From Gracilinanus agilis (lineage: Eukaryota): a stretch of DNA of 61,342 nucleotides. The notes under the pieces were generated by a model. The model was not told where the DNA came from. It did not search any database and was given only the letters and a program-made list of their open reading frames with translations. The stretch is from NCBI RefSeq assembly GCF_016433145.1, contig NC_058131.1, positions 591,757,626-591,818,967 of the forward strand, read 5' to 3'. Made by a program: the position numbers and the translations under genes. Below are positions 50,370 through 61,342 of this stretch, in pieces; the stretch's first letter is position 1, and each line of letters opens with the position of its first letter.

Positions 50370-51000
50370 ACTTGCTACTACAATGAGCAAAAGATAAAAT
50401 GACTAAGGAAATCCAGATTTGATCTTCTGAGCATATCAATTTATTAAGGGATGCATGCCAATTCCCTAACAAATTGGGACCAAGCCTCTTCCTGAGCTTA
50501 AGGCTGCATCCTAAATACAGGAGGAGAAAAATTAATCAAATAAGACCAATTAAATAAAAGGAAAATACAGTATTAGGTAATGTGATTTCTAATTAAATGA
50601 AAGGCTGGGGCCTTTTTAAGTTGATAGGGGGAGAACGAATAGGTACAATTCTCTGAATTCAGGAAGAGGTGCTCCATTCTTCCCTAACTACCTGTTAACA
50701 ATCAAAGAAACATGAAAGCCATAGCCGATTGATCAGTATGGGGCCAATTTTCCTATAAGACATGGATATTACTTGAGATGTATGAGTATGAGAAAGCTCC
50801 TTACATTAATCTTAGGATCTGACTGCATTTCTGTCCAACATATAACCTAGGTCCTTGGTTAAAGTTCTCTAGAAAGCAAGTACAGGTGGTCCAGTTTCCT
50901 AGCCATATAGAACTAAGTTCAAACAATACAATGAGATTTCCCCCACCCAAATCTCCACAACTGAATAACTTTTCTCATAAAATGGAATTTGGACTAGGCC
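50370..51000 (-). mobile_element. Possible decayed LTR
   Basis: Minus-strand AATAAA context (caatttattaa ~50437) and LTR-like composition; ends undefined. Confidence 0.3.
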
Positions 51001-53949
51001 GTAACTGAATAGAATGGGATCTAAAATAGCTCCAAAATTGAATCACAAGATGGCACCTGTGTGGTTCACTCAATTCCAATCATCAACCACTTTGTGTCTT
51101 TTTCCCCTCAATTCCTTCCATTTTTTATACTACCTTAATAATCTTAGGTTGTTATTTAATTTCTTATACTGATGTTTTCTTAACTCTAAGATGAGAGGGT
51201 TCATATTGAAGACCCTTTCCAACTCTACATCTATGATCTTCTGAGTGGTCATATTTTCTGATTCACTAGAAAGTTCCTTGGGAGAGGGTATATAGTGGTT
51301 GTGATCACTTCAAAGATATAAATTACTTTTTGGAGAAGCCTGTCTGAGACTTACACAGACTTGTAAGTCAAAAGGGTTTGGCAAAATAAGTATTAATACC
51401 ACCACACCAAAGAGCCCCCAGACCAGTTGTAATGGCCACAACTTCCCCATTCTCAATGGGAAGAATGAGAGTAATAGCTCACTCATTTTGAAGCAAAATG
51501 CAACAAAAATTTACTGTTAAACAGACTAAAACACTTTTGCCAAAATGACAGGCCTTTTTCTTTTCATTTTTTTCCACCTTAAACAACTTCAGGATATTGC
51601 CCAGGGGCCATGGGAGTATTTTGTTATTTTCTGTGTGAAATATCATATTCCCTGGTGGAAACAGCGAGATTGTATTACTGTCCAGTGATTCTCTTAGTTG
51701 ACACAACAAGCAGTACTGGTGACCTCAGGACTTGGGACTGCATCTAAATGTGGGGCTTTTGCGCCAAAGGGCCTAGGAAAGCAGAAAGATTGGAAGGGGA
51801 CAGGGCAAAAGAAAAGAACTTCATTTACACAACCCTAGAGTGGAAGAATGGAATCATTCATAACTCTAGTTGCTCAAGGCATCAGCATCCTAAGGTAATG
51901 TGACATGTTGCTCTTTTATAGCACTTTACAATACATATAACATCATTTTTCAAATATAAATTATAAACAACATTTTAATTTTGTGTTTTTAGGTGGAATT
52001 CAACCAGGTCCCTTTCTCCCTCACAGATAACAACATTTTCCATTGGTCAGATTAAATTGTAGAAAGAGATCTGGTATTTTCCTTATGTGTTTATTTACCA
52101 ATAAATTTGTAAGCAGTCATTTTTTTCCCTGGGGCACAGGCTTCTAGGGGAAGAGTGTACACAGTACACTTAAGGGTGTTATTCCTTTGAATTTCACTAG
52201 AATGATTCTCCCCAGGGTTCATTTATTTTTTACTTTGTGGTGCATTAGGTTTGTGATTTTCTCTGAAATGATGATGTAGAAGACTGAGGGTTTATTAGAA
52301 AGTGAAGAATATAGTAATGAAAAAATACCTAAACTGTTTTACTTTTTTCTCTTGGGTAGTTTAGCTCCAGCATGGCTGACTGAACACAAAGTCAGTCCCA
52401 GAGAAACAAGTAGAAAACAGTATGTGGCATAGGGTTAAGCCTGTGGGTTCCTCCTCGGCACCTGCTCTGTGACCAGACCAGTCAAGTCCCCTCCCTATTT
52501 TCACAAAAAGGTTTGGAAGTACAGTGGATCTATGGGTCACTTTGATGGTCCCTATTCAGACACCTGTGAGCTCCATATGCAGTCATCTATTATTCTGAAA
52601 GTGTGTGTGTGTGTAGGTGGTCTGGGGATGAACCTCAAAGGGTTGAGGGGTGGGGGAAGCCGACTTCTCCGCCTCTCAGTCTGTAAGATGCACTTCACAA
52701 AAGCACCTTGAGAACTTGCCTCAGCAAGTGGAAAAATTTCTGAATGCAGAAAATATTTTCAGAGAATCACAGAAAAAATAAGTCTTGCTTTGATTTTTAA
52801 AAAATCATTATAAATGCATTAATTATTTGAAGTTTTGCATGACTTGTCAGCTAAGGATTTCACAGTGCTTTCTCAACATTAACTAAACCTCAAAACACAC
52901 ACCATTCTCGTATTTAAAATGAACAAACTGGAACATTGTGGTAATTTAAACCACTGTCCAAAGTTTCACAATAAACTAGGATCAATCTCTTAGCTCTCAG
53001 CTAACATTCTACTTTCTCAAATATAGAATACAAATAACATAAAACATAAAAGCATAGTAGTAGGATAGAGGCCAATTTCAACACCATCTCTAGCTGAATT
53101 CCACTGACTATAAGATGGCAAGAATGAGAACCATTATAATATTCACTGAAACTGATGTAACTGAAAATTTGCAAGAGCTTTACAAACCCTTTATCATTTG
53201 ATACTGATTTGCTTGCTGTCATCATTATCTAGTAGTATACAATGTAGAAGGAATATATCAACCAATAAAGAGAGGTCCAGAAAAAGGAGTAAAAGAAGTT
53301 TGAGGAAGAAGAGGTAATTTGTAGTGAGTAAGAATTAGACAGACCACTGGGCATGTATGGATCTATAATACACTCAAGTCTGCATGTGGGGTGAGTCTAA
53401 CAGACTGGTCACAGGGCTCACAAAATACTCTTATTTTTGGTGGAAGTAAAAGCAGAACAGGGTTGGGAAAGAGTTCATCCAAGGCCAACATCTGGTAGCT
53501 TCATATTTTAACTAAATAGTCTTTTAAATTTGCTGCTTAGTTCTTTTTTATGAAATGTTCTTTTAATGAAAGACTGTAAGTGCTGAGACTTCACTGTAAA
53601 TTGCATAACCTGTGGCAAAATCCTCTTGTCCCATCCTTAGGTCCAGTTTTCAACACCCTAGACACTATGGAAAAGACAATGTTCTGAGGAAAATTGGCCA
53701 TATGATACAATGGACTATGTAATCAGAAAAACAAGAGAGTCATTTGTTTTTGTCAAAAACACAAGAAAAACTTGTAATATTTAAAATATAGTAGTTACCA
53801 CTTTTTCATTTAGCTTTTGGCAATTTTAGTTACCCATGGTCAAACTTGAATCCCAGTGGAGGGAGGGAAGGAGGTAGAGGACTGCTACCAGATGAGGGAG
53901 GGGATCAGCACACAGTTCAAGAAAATGTAAGGGCCAGAGACATAGAGAA

Positions 53950-54440
53950 CAGGGATAGAACCATGGAGAAACTAGGAATGGATCAATACTTCACACCATA
54001 TACCAAGAGAAAGTCAAAATGGATATATGATTTAGAAATAAAGGATGATAGCATAAACAAATTAAGGAAGCACAAAATAGTTTACCCACCAGATCTTTGG
54101 ATAAAAGAAAAATGTGTTACTAAATTAGACATAAAACATTATAAGATATAAAATAGATAACATTGCCACAATAAATTAAAAAGGTTCTGCACAAATAAGA
54201 CCAATGCAACCAAGATTAGAAGGGAAATGACAAAATTGGGAAAAGTTGTATAGCAAGGGTCTCTGATAAGGGCTTCATTTATCAACTATATAGAGAATTG
54301 AGGCAAATTTATAGGGCTACAATGTATTCTCAAATTGATAAATGCTGAACGGATAAAGGCAGTTAAATGAAGAAATTAAAACTATCTTTAGACGTATGAA
54401 AAATGCTCCAAATAGTTATTAAATTAGAAAATGCAAATTC
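53950..54440 (+). mobile_element. Old L1 ORF2 fragment
   Basis: DQYFTPYTKRKSKWIYDLEIK (ORF 53846..54151) and KRFCTNKTNATKIRR. Confidence 0.85.
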
Positions 54441-54689
54441 TCTGAGATAAGAAGAAAAGAATGTACATAAGTATGAAACAATGTAAAATATGACAAGGTA
54501 AAATGAGAGACCCAACAAAGCACTAAGAAAACTCAAGAGAAGAGCATTTCTATCTTGAGTAATGCAGGAAGGTTTTGTGAATAAGGTAGCATCTGAGGAA
54601 GCTCTTGGAGAATGAGAATTTCAATAATAATGCTAATTTTCTTGAATTAGAAAAAAATAATAAAATTCATTGGAAATATCAAAGGAAAT

Positions 54690-56235
54690 AATGAAAATAA
54701 TGTTAAGGAAGGAGGTCTAACCATATCAAAATTTAAACTATATTATAAAGTAGTAATTATCAAAGATGTCTATTACTGACTAAGAAATAAAAAAAGTATA
54801 TCAGCAGAACAAAATAGACATATCACACAGCCTTAAAAGATTATAGTAACCTTGGGTTTAAAGAAGATAAAAGTTCAAGTTTTTGGAATAAGACTTCAGT
54901 ATTTGGTAAAAATTGTTGGGAAAACTGGAAAGCAGTTGGGAAAACTGATAACTTAAACCATTTAACAAATTAGGACCAAAATGGATGCATGACCTAGATA
55001 TAAAGGGTGATATTAAAAACAAATTACAACAAGGAACCTATTGCCTATCAGACTTATGAATAGGTGTCAAATTTATAAACACGAGATAGAAAGCATTGTG
55101 AAATGTAAAATGGGTAGTTTTGAATACATTAAATTGAAAAGGTTTTGAACAAATAAAACTAATGTACCCAAGATTAGAAGGAAATCAGTAAGTTGAAAAA
55201 AACATGAATAGATAGTTTCTAATATAGAAGTCTCATATCTAAAATATATAGAGAATTTTGTCAAATATATAAGAGTATGATCTACTCCCCAACTGATTAA
55301 TGGTCAGAAGAGATGAACAAAGTTTTTGGATGAAGAAAACAAAGCTATATATATAACTATAATGAAAAAATGCTCTAAATCATTATTGATGAGAGAAATG
55401 TAAATCAAAACAACACTGAAGATTCTCACACTTGTCAGATTAGTTACAAGGATAAAAGGGCAAGATGACAAATGTTGGAGGAGATGTGGAATAATAGGAA
55501 CACTAATACATTGTTGGTAGAATTGTGAACTGATCTGACTATTTTGGAAACAATCTGGAATTATACTTAAAGAGTTATAAAAGTGAATATACCTTTTGAC
55601 CCACTAATACCACTTTTAGGTGTATTTCCTAAGATGATCAAGGAAAATAACCTATAAGTTCTAAAATATTTCTACCAGGTCTTTTTCTGGTGACACAGAA
55701 TTGGAAACTGAAGAGATATCCATCATTTGTAGAATGGCTGAACAAGTTATGGTATATGCTTGTATTGGAATACTGTTGGACCATAAGAAATGATGAATGA
55801 GATGATCACAAAAAAACCTCGAAAGACTTATATGAAGTAATGCAAAATGAAGTGAGCAGAACCAGGAAAATATATAATGTATAATAATAATTTATAATAA
55901 TCAAATGTGCATGACTTAACTATTATCAAAAAGGCAAGAATCCAAGACAACTCCAAGGGACTCATGATGAAAAAGGCTATCCATCACCATAGAAGGAACA
56001 TTCAGAGTCTGAATGCAGATTAAAACATATCATTTTTTGCTTTATTACCTCCATTGATTTTTCTCTAATGTAAGCAATATATTTTGTTTTACAACATGAT
56101 GAACATGGAAATATTTATTATATGATAATATATACACAAATGATAGCATCTAAGATGCCTTCTTGGGTAGAAGGGAGGGGAAAAAAGAATGAGATGCAGA
56201 TTTTTGGATATAGCTAATGTGAGAATTTTTTCTGT
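54690..56235 (+). mobile_element. Old L1: ORF2 C-terminal part and 3'UTR
   Basis: Decayed SKFKLYYKVVIIK...; gactcatgatgaaaaaggctatccatc 3'UTR motif. Confidence 0.87.
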
Positions 56236-56384
56236 TGGATGAGTTCATTTATTATAATTTATTTCATATTTATAACAAATTATATGTATTGTATTATTAA
56301 TTTACACATTATATTATGTTATATATAAAATGTTAACTCAAAAAATAGTAATGCTAATAATAATATGCTACAGGTTAAGCTGAA

Positions 56385-56595
56385 GGTAGTGAGATGGTTC
56401 AGTGGAAAGAATGCTGATCCTGGAGTCTGGAGGAACCGAGTTCAAATTTGGCTTTAGGCATTCACTAGGTGTGTCACTTAATCTTCACTTGCCTTAATCC
56501 ACTGGAGAAGGAAATAGTAAACCACTTCAGTATTTTTTCCAAGAAAACCCTATACAGGGTCTTGTCAAATTAGACACAACTGAACAACAAAAAAT
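56385..56595 (+). mobile_element. MAR1-related SINE with RTE-type tail
   Basis: tRNA-like head (ttcagtgg...gagttcaaat); tail ccactggagaaggaaatagtaaaccacttcagtatt...acacaactgaacaacaa. Confidence 0.75.
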
Positions 56596-56989
56596 AAGAA
56601 GAATCATAGCTTTCATATAGCATGGAATTTGGTGTTTTTCAGGTTCTCCAATACATATAGTTCATTTAGCGTTTTTCCCAACACCAGTCCTATAATAGGG
56701 TATTATTATGCCCATTTCACATATGAGAAAATTGAGTCAATTAAGAGATTTGTCCAAGGTCACAAAAATAGGCAAAGTTGTAAAGTGAATAGCAGGTATC
56801 AGAAGATACTTTACATTAATTCACAGATGATTGGTAGAATATAATAAAGATTAGATAATATCTAAGTGTTTAGACTGATGTAAAAATTGTATTGGTGAAA
56901 TATAATGGCATAAAATATAGATGAAAATTTAGGAGCTAGAATATGGAAGCCTTAAAATTTAAGTCAAGTGTATTTACCTCATAAGCACA

Positions 56990-57960
56990 ACAGGTGTACT
57001 GAAGATTCTGAGCATGGAACTGATTGGTCAGCTTTAGGAATAGGTCATGCATTAGGAAAATAATCTGGGTAGCTATATGAAAGATGGACTAAAGAGAGCA
57101 GAGAGCAGGGGAGTGAGTTATGAATTCAGGAAGGTTTTATGAAAATTTTGATGAGACGTAAATTGGGTTTAAACCAGTTGTTGGCAATGTGAATAGAGCT
57201 GGGAAAGTAAATGAAAAAGATGTGATAGAAGTGGAATCAAGTTTTGGCAAGTGAACATGGTGGGGAAGGGTCCTACTATTCCTAAATTTCAATACTGCGT
57301 CCTTAGGCTGATGATGCCATCTATAGGATGAGGTATCAGGGGAAGAAGATAAGCTTAGTTCAGGATTTATTGAGTTTGAGTTGCCAACAGAACTTCCAAA
57401 TGGAGATACTTTTGCCCTTTCTGCTTAAAAAAAATTCACAAAGTTCTTATGCCTGAGAACTTCTTTCTATAAGGTAATTCTATAAGGTAATTCCACCATT
57501 TCTATTCATTTTTTTAAAAATCTGTTACTGAACATTAAAGCAGTTTGAGCAATCACATCTCTCCACTGTCCTATGAGTAAGCCATATTTGTGCTTTCTCA
57601 GTTACTTCCCTTATGTTGTTCCTGCTGTCTGGAATATTCTTGCCAGACACTTGCACCTATGCAGATTCTCCAACCCTTGAATACCCAGTTAGAATTACAT
57701 CCTCTCCATGAAGATTTCTTTTACTATTCTAGTTCACAATGATCTCCCCATTCTTTGAATGCCTACAGCATCATGTCTGAGGTATACGGTTGGCATGGGA
57801 ATCTTTTATGGCTCACTATTACCTCAGCTATGTTAAACATGCCAATCATATTATAAACTCCTCAATGGCAGGAGCTATCCTTCCTACTTATTTTGTTTCT
57901 ACTATAATACCATCATTGCATGACACACAGAGCAGATTCAGTCTAGGTTTCCTATTGGCA
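56990..57960. mobile_element. L2 fragments (antisense ~56990-57410; sense ~57540-57960)
   Basis: Purine-rich then pyrimidine-rich L2-like sequence. Confidence 0.55.
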
Positions 57961-59367
57961 TTTTCCCTATTCCTATCCTTCAATGTAAACAATCCTCAAG
58001 GTTTAGTTCTCATTCATCTTCTCTTTTCTCTCTGTAATCACCTTGTAAAAACTGTATACTCTACTGAGCTTTGAGAACTACCTCTACACATATTGCTCCA
58101 AAAATTATATGTTGCAACTTGAGGTTCTCTCACACATGGCCCTCCTTTAACACTAAACCAAGTATCATTCATGTTGTGGGTATGATTCAACATCCATTCA
58201 TAAGCTAAAACTTGTAAGCCCTTACCCAAATGTTTTCTCACCAGACAATAAGAGGAAAAATTAGCACAATAAGAGGAGAAATTAGCATAAAGACATTCAG
58301 CTAAAATAGTATTTAAAAAGTAACAAAAAGATTTCTTCCACATAAACAAAGGAAAACTTTCCAACAGGTTACTACCACCAGAAAGGACATATAAAGGAAA
58401 TAATATAAGGTAATTCCAAAGCAGGCATATGCTTGGGGGATTCTCATATTGTCTTATTATGAATATCTGCCTATATCTTCTAGTAGTATAATTGAGTGAG
58501 CTTCTTCCTCCATTAAAATGGATCCTCTTCTCTATTTAGCCACAATGTTGCGCTCTGCTAGTATATTCTGTCTTTGGATACCAAGTGGCCTCAAGAAGAA
58601 GAATCTGTCATTTCTTTGACTTAATGTGCCTAGGAACCATCTTTAGCTCTTTTGTGATGCAAACCCCCAGCCACCTTTACTCAGACAAGAGAATTCCTGA
58701 GATATTTTTAAGTGTCTCATTGGAACTGAATTCCTCTTCCTGAGTTCAGGCTTTCAGATACTAGTCTCCTTTGTGATTTAAGGTTAGAAAATTTCTTTCA
58801 TCTCATCATATCCTCTTAATTAGCCTGAGTCTGTACAAAACATCCTGAAGACTCCACTTAGTAAAGTTATAAAGGAGTACATTTTTTAAACTCTCAGAAT
58901 TCTCCTGGTTTCCACCCAAATCAACTTGAAATAACAATGAAAGACCCAGATTGATCTAATGACCTTTTTCCTTGTTCTTACTTTTATATTTTTGACTTAG
59001 AAAAAAAAAAGAATTTTCCTGCCAGCAACAAATTCTCCAGGGCTATCTCTATCCTCAACTTCTCTTTAAGTCTCAACATATACCACCTACAGATTCCTTC
59101 TGGCTTTTGTAAGATCTTTGTGGTCTTTATTTCTCCTAGTGCTACATGGGTTTTGTATTCCTGAGTTCTGGCTCAAAAAGCTTTTTTTCATTTCTTTTAA
59201 AATTAATCATAATGTAGATTTTATTAAAACCACATGAACCTAGACTTATCATGCATTCTTGGATTTAGTTCTGTGAGGCTTTTTTATTTTTTAATCTTAG
59301 GAAACAAAAGCAATTTTGGTAAAAACAAAACAAAACAAAAAAACAAACGTCCAAATGATGTCCCCTC

Positions 59368-59390
59368 AAAAAAAAAAAAAAAAAAAAAAA
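59368..59390 (+). repeat. Poly(A) run
   Basis: 23 consecutive A. Confidence 0.9.
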
Positions 59391-60049
59391 GGTCTTCAGA
59401 AACATGCTGAGATAGATAGAGGATATCAGGGACAAGCTAAAGTTAAGGTAGTAATTTTTGAGACAGATAGGACAGCTACCTTGATTATCAGTATTGAAAA
59501 GCATTTTCAAGGTTACTTTTAACATCAGAGAAGTAGGAGCAAATAACTCTAGGTTTCCAATCGGTTTCAGTGATTGTACCTCAAATTTACTAATCTCAGC
59601 AACTGAAAACAAAATTGTAGGGTAGCAGACATAGCACAGGGTAACCTTTACTTGTAATTACTTTAAGTGTGGGGCAGGGGGAAAGAAAGAAACCTCCATA
59701 CCTGCTTTCACAGAATTCACACTGAGCCAAGAGTATCCCAAGGTAGACAGTGGCCAGAATGCAATGGGCCGCTAGGTGGAGAGGCAGAAACCAAGCAATC
59801 AGTCAGGGCTATGAGGTGATGTTGAAACCCAATGTTTTTGTTTGATGACTAAGTTTTTGTTTGTTTTCTAACCATCTCAAGAGAGCTTCAACTGAGATTC
59901 CTTAATGGCATTCCTATAAAGTATCAATAATATACTTCTTTACATTGTGACAGAGACATGTCTCAGAATAGGAATATTTTGCAATATTTGATTAGAATGT
60001 ATCAAAATGATGATGTTTTATGGGCTACAAGGCAACAGAGGCATCTGTG

Positions 60050-60240
60050 TTAAAGGGGCAAAGGGGCAGAATTCCAGTTCATATTCATATTCATCTCTGA
60101 CCATGGGCAAACTAATTAATATCTTGAAGTCATAGAACCTTTATGGGTAAAACTGGGATAGTGACATTTGTTTACCCATTCCATAGGCTGTTATGGTCAG
60201 ACTTTGTATACCTTAAAGTTATTGTACATAATATATATCT
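60050..60240 (+). mobile_element. MIR3-like fragment
   Basis: tctgaccatgggcaaactaattaat...gtaaaactgggatagtgac. Confidence 0.5.
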
Positions 60241-60614
60241 GTATAAATACTATATATGATTATCAAAGTTAAACTTAAATGCTAGCTTTTACATGAGGGT
60301 TTGCTTAATTTTCCCAGCTTTGTAGATGAAGAGCACAAAAGGAAAGGGTATTATTTGAGCTAAAGGGACTTAAATTTTGAAGTCTACTGAAATGGGGCTT
60401 TTGTGTAATTTTTCTTTCTTAGAGAGTCCAAGATTTATGTTCAGATCCTGGTGCACAACAAACTTCTCTCCAAAGAAATTCTAGAAAACAGATGGAAATA
60501 TCAAGTAGTTTATAGATCATTTTAGATCTTGTTCATGTATCTCAAGTTTTGTGCAGAAAAAGGGGGGTAAAATTATATTCTCTAGGCAGTGTGATATGGA
60601 AAACTAGTTCTTCA

Positions 60615-61250
60615 CAGAATCAAAAAGTCACAATTTGAAATTTGGAATGGACATTAGCAGCAGTCTAGTCCAACCAAAACAGAAAAGGAATCCTTATTAT
60701 GTACCACAAAAGCCAAATCAAAATGACAAGCATTTCCTTTTTTTTTAAACCCTTAACTTCTGTGTATTGGCTCATAGTTAGAAGAGTGGTAAGGGTGAGC
60801 AATGGGGGTCAAGTGACTTGCCCAGGGTCACACAGCTAGGAAGTGTCTGAGGCCTCCCATCTCTAGGCCCTACTCTCAATACACCGAGCTACCCAGCTGC
60901 CCCCTGACAAGTATTTCTTATGTGCTTATTAAGTGCTAGGCATTATACTGAGTCTGGGATCACCAACATGTGATCATATAGATTCTGGGAGACCCTCTCT
61001 TCAGATGAGTTATTTCACTGTTATGCAGTTTTAATTATTGAGAAGATTTTTTCAATATCAAACCTAAATATGCCTCTTTGCAATTTCCACCAAATGTTCC
61101 CTCTTTGGTCGTTTGAAGGTTAACAGAACAATTCTACTCAATCCTCCACATGGAAGACCTTCAAATACATGAAGCCAACTATTTTGTTTCCCTTGAGGCT
61201 TCATTTCTTTTAAAAGAAGCATGCCTACTTCCTTCAATTCATTGTTCCAG
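60615..61250 (-). mobile_element. CR1/L3 3' fragment interrupted by SINE1 and an L2 end
   Basis: gtctagtccaacc; gaagaccttcaaatacatgaagccaactat...cttccttcaattc resemble antisense L3. Confidence 0.55.
60737..60904 (-). mobile_element. SINE1-type SINE with 18-bp deletion removing the B box
   Basis: TSD tgacaag(c/t)atttc at 60724 and 60905; reads gaggcc|tcccatctc where other copies have gaggccagatttgaacctaggacctccc. Confidence 0.93.
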
Positions 61251-61260
61251 AGAGAGCAGA

Positions 61261-61342
61261 TTCCTTCCTTCCTTCCTTCCTTCCTTCCTTCCTTCCTTCC
61301 TTCCTTCCTTCCTTCCTTCCTTCCTTCCTTCCTTCCTTCCTT
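61261..61342 (+). repeat. (TTCC)n polypyrimidine microsatellite, truncated by window end
   Basis: About 20 perfect units. Confidence 0.98.

Noticed and set aside
57467-57492. 13-bp tandem duplication ctataaggtaatt; similar 21-bp duplication near 58248-58290
   Set aside because: Ordinary slippage events.
58480-59170. Possible old LINE ORF1 or ERV remnant
   Set aside because: No motif could be recovered to support a call.

Overview
AT-rich, transposon-dense marsupial genomic DNA, almost certainly a didelphid and most likely Monodelphis domestica. The assignment rests on young opossum SINE1-type tRNA-SINEs, MAR1, opossum-type L1, RTE/BovB-like LINEs and a MER63-like element. Family names come from my recall of consensus sequences, not from a database search, and repeat boundaries are approximate unless a target-site duplication (TSD) is quoted. 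I found no confidently identifiable host protein-coding gene, RNA gene, CRISPR array or prokaryotic system. The listed ORFs are TE remnants, antisense read-throughs or N-run artefacts, so the window is intronic or intergenic. Most interesting structures: (1) an L1 that keeps its 5'UTR, ORF1, spacer and 3' end but has ORF2 codon 17 fused in frame to the ORF2 C-terminal region; (2) a three-level nest of L1, L1 and BovB-like RTE; (3) an OC1-like hAT MITE; (4) a fossil Charlie-like transposase behind an apparently anonymous ORF; (5) a ~160-bp non-TE element duplicated 1.17 kb apart; (6) one well-formed orphan exon candidate on the minus strand. None of these is demonstrably a new biological system.
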